Below are positions 28,405-32,000 of a stretch of 32,000 nucleotides of DNA, in pieces. This stretch comes from Aurantimonas sp. HBX-1. GTDB lineage: Bacteria > Pseudomonadota > Alphaproteobacteria > Rhizobiales > Rhizobiaceae. The notes under the pieces are model-generated. The model saw only the letters and a list, made by a program, of their open reading frames with translations. It was not told the DNA's origin and made no database searches. Position 1 is the first letter of the stretch; every line of letters begins with the position of its first letter. The translations under genes and the position numbers were made by a program. The stretch lies in assembly GCF_021391535.1 (NCBI RefSeq), contig NZ_CP090066.1:2682489-2714488 (forward strand), in the 5' to 3' direction.

Positions 28405-28736
28405 TAGGCCGCCTCCTCGCAGCGGCAGACCAGGTACCGGCCCGTCTCGTCCGGGTCGTGCACCGACCGGATCAGCAGCCGCCGCTCGCCGAGCCGGAAC
28501 GACCGCCCCCGCGCCACCTCCGGCGCCGCCCGGCAGATCACCCGGTGGGTGATCGTCGCCTCGCGGCTGTCGAAGCGCTCGCGGTCCCGTGCCGCCACCG
28601 GCTCGACATGCGCCGAGATCTCCCGCAGTTCGACCCATGTTTCCGACGCGCCGCCGGCGCCGTCTGGCGTCGCCACCGCCTCCTGCAGCGACAGGCGCTT
28701 CCTCAGGAGCGACGGATCGAGAAACAGCGGCGTCAT
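28404..28736 (-). CDS. GTA g7-like head-tail adaptor (SPP1 gp16-type head closure protein)
   Basis: 110 aa. LRKRLSLQEAVATPDGAGGASETWVELREISAHVEPVAARDRERFDSREATITHRVICR fits the family pattern. The start overlaps the g6 stop (ATGA). Confidence 0.87.
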   Translation of the reverse strand: MTPLFLDPSLLRKRLSLQEAVATPDGAGGASETWVELREISAHVEPVAARDRERFDSREATITHRVICRAAPEVARGRSFRLGERRLLIRSVHDPDETGRYLVCRCEEAA

Positions 28737-29296
28737 CCGAGCGTCACCCGCCGGTAGGGGGCGAGCAGCGCCAGCGCCTGCTTCGGGATCGCCGCCGGCT
28801 GCAGCTGCGGATCCACCGCCGCGCGCAGCTCATACGATGCCGCGACGATCATCCGCAGCGCGACGCGGATATTCTCCGGCACCGCGCCTTCGCCATAGCC
28901 CGCCTCGAACTCCACCTCGACGCCGTTCACTGCCGCGGCCCGCACCGCCGGCGACAGCCTTATCGCCTCCAGCCCCAGCGCCCGCTCGACGATCGCCTCG
29001 TCGGCATCAAAGCTCACCGGCTCACCCGCCGGACCGTAGGCAGTGATCGCGACGATCCCGGCCAGCGGCCGCCGCGTCGTCTCGATCCAGCCATGCGCCG
29101 GCAAATCGTCCAGCGCCAGCCGGAACACCCGCCGCGCCAGCACCAGCCCGGTCATCGCCTCGATGCCCTGGCGCGCCGCGCGGACCAGATCCCCGATCAG
29201 CCCGTCCTCGTCGTCGCGCTCGATCCGGCACCAGCTCTTGGCCTCGTCGAGCGTCACCGGCTCGGCGCCGCCGCCGAGGTCGATCGTCGTCGTCAT
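28733..29296 (-). CDS. GTA g6-like head-tail connector (gp6/phiE125 gp8-type)
   Basis: 187 aa from ATG 29294-29296 (MTTTIDLGGGAEPVTLDEAKSWCRIERDDEDGLIGDLVRAARQGIEAMTG...). An SD (GGGGAGA) lies 6 nt upstream. The 215-aa ORF-track extension is discarded. Confidence 0.87.
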   Translation of the reverse strand: MTTTIDLGGGAEPVTLDEAKSWCRIERDDEDGLIGDLVRAARQGIEAMTGLVLARRVFRLALDDLPAHGWIETTRRPLAGIVAITAYGPAGEPVSFDADEAIVERALGLEAIRLSPAVRAAAVNGVEVEFEAGYGEGAVPENIRVALRMIVAASYELRAAVDPQLQPAAIPKQALALLAPYRRVTLG

Positions 29297-29318
29297 GGTC
29301 GTCTCCCCGCATGTAGCC

Positions 29319-29342
29319 CGGCCGGGCGCCATCGCCCGGCCG
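29319..29342 (-). other. 10-bp all-GC stem-loop in the capsid/g6 intergenic gap
   Basis: CGGCCGGGCG (29319-29328) pairs perfectly with CGCCCGGCCG (29333-29342) around a 4-nt loop. It sits 22 nt after the capsid stop with no adjacent U-tract. Confidence 0.4.
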
Positions 29343-29363
29343 CCTGTCGTGGTCGGCCGTCCG

Positions 29364-30614
29364 TCAGGCGGAGAACTCAAGGAACTTGGCGGCGTCGAAG
29401 TCCTGCACCCCGCCGCCGACCCGCTTGGTCGTGTAGAACAGGACGTACGGCTTGGCCGAATAGGGGTCGCGCAGCACCCGCACCCCCTGCCGGTCGACGA
29501 TCAGGTAGAACCGGGCGAAGTCGCCGAAGGCGATCGCCTTCGATCCCGCCGCGATGTCCGGCATGTCCTCAGCCTCGACCATCGGGAAGCCCATCAGCGT
29601 CGCCCGCGCCCCGGCGCCCGCCGGCGGCTGCCAGAGATAGTTGCCGTCGGCGTCCTTGATCTTGCGCAGCGCCGCCTGGGTGCGCCGGTTCATCACGAAG
29701 CTGGCGTTCTGCCGGTAGCCGGCCTTCAGCGCATAGACGAGGTCGATGAGCACGTCGGCCGCCGTGTCCGGCGCGAAGCCGCCGTCCGCGCCGCTGGCGA
29801 TCGTGCCGACCGCGCCCCACGCCCAGGCCGCCTCGTCCACCGTCGGCACGGTCATGAAGCCGGCCGGCTTGTTCACCCCGTCGCCCGAGACGAAGGCGGC
29901 GCTTTCCTGCGCGGCGAAGGCCTGCTCCACCTCCTCGCCGATCCAGCGGTCGATATCGACGGCCGCATCGTCGAGCAGCGCGTTGGTCGCCGCCGGCATG
30001 GCGTAGAGCTCCATGGTCGGGAAGCTCAGCTCTGCCAGTTGCGGCGCCGTCGTCTGCGGCCGCGCCTCGGTCTCGCCGACCCAGCCGGTCTGCGCCCCGG
30101 TGATCGCGAAGGGCTTCTTCAGCACCGAAGCCGAGACCGTGCGCACCGTGGCGATCGAGCGGATCGGCGAGATCGCCGCGAGGCGCCTGCCGATCTCCGT
30201 CTCGGTTTCGTCCGGCACCAGGAAGCCGCCATCCGCCCCGGTCAGGCTGGACATCGCCTTTTCTTCCAGCCGCCGCAGCTCGCGCTCGTCGCCGGCCCGC
30301 ACATAGCGCTCGAAGGCCTGCTTGCGCTCGCTCGGCAGCGCCCGGCCGCCGCCCTCGTTGCCGGCGAGCGGCGGGCGCAGCTGCTTCAGCGCCAGCCGTT
30401 CCATCCGCCGCTCCTGCTCGTCGAGCGCCCGGGAGATTCGCTCGACCTTCTCCTCGGTCAGCACGTCGGCGCTCATGCGCTTCTCGATGGCGCCGAGGCG
30501 CTCGTCATTGGCCTCGCGGACCCCCTCGAACGCCTCCATGAAGTCGTCGAAGCTGTCGCGCGAACCCGGCGTCGCCGCCTTGGTCGCCGGGGCGGCGGGA
30601 GAGAGATCGTTCAT
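29364..30614 (-). CDS. GTA g5-like major capsid protein, HK97 family
   Basis: 416 aa from ATG 30612-30614 (MNDLSPAAP...), with the SD GGAGAA upstream. It has an N-terminal coiled-coil scaffold-like region (...VERISRALDEQERRMERLALKQ...) and then an HK97-fold body (...GADGGFLVPDETETEI..., ...YALKAGYRQNASFVMNR...). Confidence 0.93.
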   Translation of the reverse strand: MNDLSPAAPATKAATPGSRDSFDDFMEAFEGVREANDERLGAIEKRMSADVLTEEKVERISRALDEQERRMERLALKQLRPPLAGNEGGGRALPSERKQAFERYVRAGDERELRRLEEKAMSSLTGADGGFLVPDETETEIGRRLAAISPIRSIATVRTVSASVLKKPFAITGAQTGWVGETEARPQTTAPQLAELSFPTMELYAMPAATNALLDDAAVDIDRWIGEEVEQAFAAQESAAFVSGDGVNKPAGFMTVPTVDEAAWAWGAVGTIASGADGGFAPDTAADVLIDLVYALKAGYRQNASFVMNRRTQAALRKIKDADGNYLWQPPAGAGARATLMGFPMVEAEDMPDIAAGSKAIAFGDFARFYLIVDRQGVRVLRDPYSAKPYVLFYTTKRVGGGVQDFDAAKFLEFSA

Positions 30615-30630
30615 GCTGTTCTCCGTTCTG

Positions 30631-31128
30631 TCAGTGGGCGATGAAGGCCGGCCGCGCGCTGCCCGTGGCGGCACGGCTGAAGGCAGGTGCGATCAGCCGC
30701 GCCCGCTCGTGCATCGGAAAGGTCACCAGCGAGATCTCCCAGAGATCGATGGTGACGAGCCGGCGGCGCGTCGCGCCGACGCCGCGGCGGGCCAGCCGCG
30801 GCCGGAAGCCGATCGACAGCCCGTCCAGCGCGCCGGCGGCGACCAGCTCGGCCGCCTCGCGGCCCGCCTGGGTCGACAGCGCCAGCCGCCCCTCGACATA
30901 GAGCCCCTCGCGGTCCTCGCGGATCGCGGTCCACACCCCGATCGGCCGCGCCGGATCGTGCTGCCAGAGCATGCGGATGCCCGCCGTGCCGCGGTGGCGC
31001 AGCGAGGCGCCGAAGGCGCCCGGCTCGATCAGGTCGCCGGCCGTGTCGGTATCGCCAAACAGCGCCGCATAGCCGCGGATTGCCGCCGCCGCCTCGCCTT
31101 CCGGCACCGGCGCCGCGCGAGCGCTCAT
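30631..31128 (-). CDS. GTA g4-like prohead maturation protease, HK97 family
   Basis: 165 aa from ATG 31126-31128 (MSARAAPVPEGEAAAAIRGYAALFGDTDTAGDLIEPGAFG...IRMLWQHD...LDGLSIGF...EISLVTFPM). It is ATGA-coupled to the upstream small gene. The 294-aa ORF-track version is an extension in the wrong context. Confidence 0.9.
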   Translation of the reverse strand: MSARAAPVPEGEAAAAIRGYAALFGDTDTAGDLIEPGAFGASLRHRGTAGIRMLWQHDPARPIGVWTAIREDREGLYVEGRLALSTQAGREAAELVAAGALDGLSIGFRPRLARRGVGATRRRLVTIDLWEISLVTFPMHERARLIAPAFSRAATGSARPAFIAH

Positions 31129-31466
31129 TTCTCGCCTCCGCCGGAGCCCGGCCGGGCGCGGAACAGGCTCTCGGCGAAGCGCTGCAGCACCCCCAGCCCC
31201 CACCAGGCGCAGAGGCTCGCGACGGCCGAGCCGATCAGCGCCAGCTCGACCGCGCTCAGGCTGTCGTCGAGCCGCATCCGCTCGGCGAGGATCAGCCCGA
31301 CCGGCGGGCCGAAGACGAGGCCCGTAACGATGCCGGTCAGGAACCGCGTCGCCGCCTCGCGCCGCCCGCGCGGCAGGAGATACGCCACCGAGATCGCCGA
31401 TCCGGCGATCGCCCCGACCAGCTTCGACAGCCACAGCGCCAGCGCCGTCGCCGGCTCGGCGCTCAT
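31125..31466 (-). CDS. Small three-TM membrane protein in the g3.5 position (between portal and protease)
   Basis: 113 aa with hydrophobic helices LALWLSKLVGAIAGSAISVAYLL, FLTGIVTGLVFGPPVGLILA and LALIGSAVASLCAWWGLGVL. The stop overlaps the protease ATG (ATGA) and GC3 is high. I do not know whether it is homologous to RcGTA g3.5. Confidence 0.6.
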   Translation of the reverse strand: MSAEPATALALWLSKLVGAIAGSAISVAYLLPRGRREAATRFLTGIVTGLVFGPPVGLILAERMRLDDSLSAVELALIGSAVASLCAWWGLGVLQRFAESLFRARPGSGGGEK

Positions 31467-31570
31467 CGCTCCGGCTCCGTCCGCACGGCGGGATCGCCCT
31501 GCCGCGGATTGACATTCGACCGTCCTCGCCGCATGGTCTTCCCGTCCTGATTTTGATGTCGATGTTTTTC

Positions 31571-31600
31571 AGCGGTGCCTCTGGCGCCGCTCCTTTTTTG
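31571..31600 (+). terminator. Terminator-like hairpin plus T6 tract oriented on the plus strand, antisense to the GTA cluster
   Basis: AGCGGTGCC (31571-31579), loop TCT, GGCGCCGCT (31583-31591): 9 bp including one G-U pair. It is followed by CCTTTTTTG (31592-31600) and preceded by TGTTTTTC. On the minus strand (the GTA sense strand) the flanks are A-tracts, so it would not terminate in that direction. Confidence 0.4.
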
Positions 31601-31633
31601 CGCGTCCGCTTTCCGGATCGCGTCCGGAGGCCG

Positions 31634-32000
31634 TCAGCCCTCGGCGCCGTAGCCGACGGCCTCGCGCTTCTCGGCCCGCGACAGGAAGTCGGCCGACGCC
31701 ACCCGGTCCCAGCGCGCCTCGCGCTCGGCGCTCAGCCCCTCCACCTTGTCGAGATCGACCGACAGCCGCAGGCTCGGCGCGTCGAAGTGCCCGCCCAGCC
31801 AGTCGCCGATCGCCCCGGTCAACCGCGTCGCCAGCGGCAGCACGGTGAGGCGGAAGAACGCCCGGTTCGCCTCGGCATAGTTCGCATAGGTGAGGTCGCC
31901 GGGGATCCCGAGCAGCATCGGCGGCACGCCGAAGGCGAGCGCGATGTCGCGCGCCGCGCCGTTGCGTGCCTCGACGAAATCCATGTCCTTCGGCGACAGC
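31634..32000 (-). CDS. GTA g3-like portal protein, HK97 family (C-terminal part; 5' end beyond the window)
   Basis: The frame is open to the window edge (...LSPKDMDFVEARNGAARDIALAFGVPPMLLGIPGDLTYANYAEANRAFFRLTVLPL...), which is a typical HK97-type portal C-terminal region. It is positioned upstream of the protease and capsid genes. Confidence 0.87.
   Translation of the reverse strand, partial: LSPKDMDFVEARNGAARDIALAFGVPPMLLGIPGDLTYANYAEANRAFFRLTVLPLATRLTGAIGDWLGGHFDAPSLRLSVDLDKVEGLSAEREARWDRVASADFLSRAEKREAVGYGAEG

Larger units (their letters stand above)
19908..32000 (-). mobile_element. RcGTA-type gene transfer agent structural cluster (g3 portal to g15 plus trailing small gene); continues beyond the window edge
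   Basis: An uninterrupted minus-strand series of HK97-type head genes, SPP1-type connectors, a TP901-1-type tail tube, two chaperones and a short 188-aa tape measure. It ends with the diagnostic DUF2460-like / DUF2163-like / NlpC-P60 / ~1300-aa multidomain quartet. No integrase, repressor, replication or canonical lysis genes are present. Composition is indistinguishable by eye from the flanking core genes. Confidence 0.85.

Noticed and set aside
31509-31537. Plus-strand TTGACA (31509-31514) as the promoter of a small RNA ending at the 31571-31600 hairpin.
   Set aside because: The best -10 candidates at 17-18 nt spacing (CATGGT/ATGGTC) are poor. A lone -35 match is not sufficient evidence. 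I kept it only as a note inside the antisense-hairpin finding.
19908-32000. The alternative reading that the phage-like cluster is a conventional prophage or a defence island.
   Set aside because: Within the window there are no integrase, excisionase, repressor, replication, endolysin or att-like repeat features. The g12-g15 quartet and the short tape measure are GTA hallmarks, and composition matches the host. The cluster continues past 32000, so this rejection is provisional.

Overview
This is a GC-rich chromosome segment (roughly 70% G+C by eye, not computed). Gene content and order look alphaproteobacterial, most like Hyphomicrobiales/Rhizobiales. All identifications below come from reading the translations and recalling motifs and synteny; no searches were run.

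Layout:
(1) 1-4.8 kb, plus strand: pepN (5' partial) and a PleC-like PAS sensor histidine kinase.
(2) 4.8-15.9 kb: one co-directional minus-strand run, ccmI-ccmE-ccmF-ccmH-degP-OmpR-type response regulator-HAMP histidine kinase-glnE. This matches the rhizobial cycHJKL-degP neighbourhood. Most junctions are ATGA/GTGA translational couplings.
(3) 16.15-16.86 kb: a visibly lower-GC HigB/HigA-like toxin-antitoxin cassette. It has a near-consensus promoter, a perfect 23-bp operator palindrome and an apparently leaderless toxin start.
(4) 16.9-19.8 kb, minus strand: a PepSY protein, an OmpR-type regulator, a sensor kinase and a surface lipoprotein.
(5) 19.9 kb to the window end, minus strand: a near-complete RcGTA-type gene transfer agent head-tail cluster. 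It runs from the portal (g3, truncated by the window edge) through protease, capsid, connectors, tail tube, chaperones, short tape measure and g12-g15.

The GTA cluster also carries features outside the canonical gene set, and these are the most interesting part of the window:
- a canonical -1 slippery heptamer exactly at the g10/g10.1 junction;
- a textbook intrinsic terminator between g8 and g9;
- a 334-bp non-canonical insert between g7 and g8;
- two small membrane-protein genes;
- an antisense-oriented terminator-like hairpin.

I saw no rRNA, tRNA, CRISPR array, IS element, integrase or recombinase. Many long ORFs in the supplied track are alternative-frame artefacts of the high GC content.
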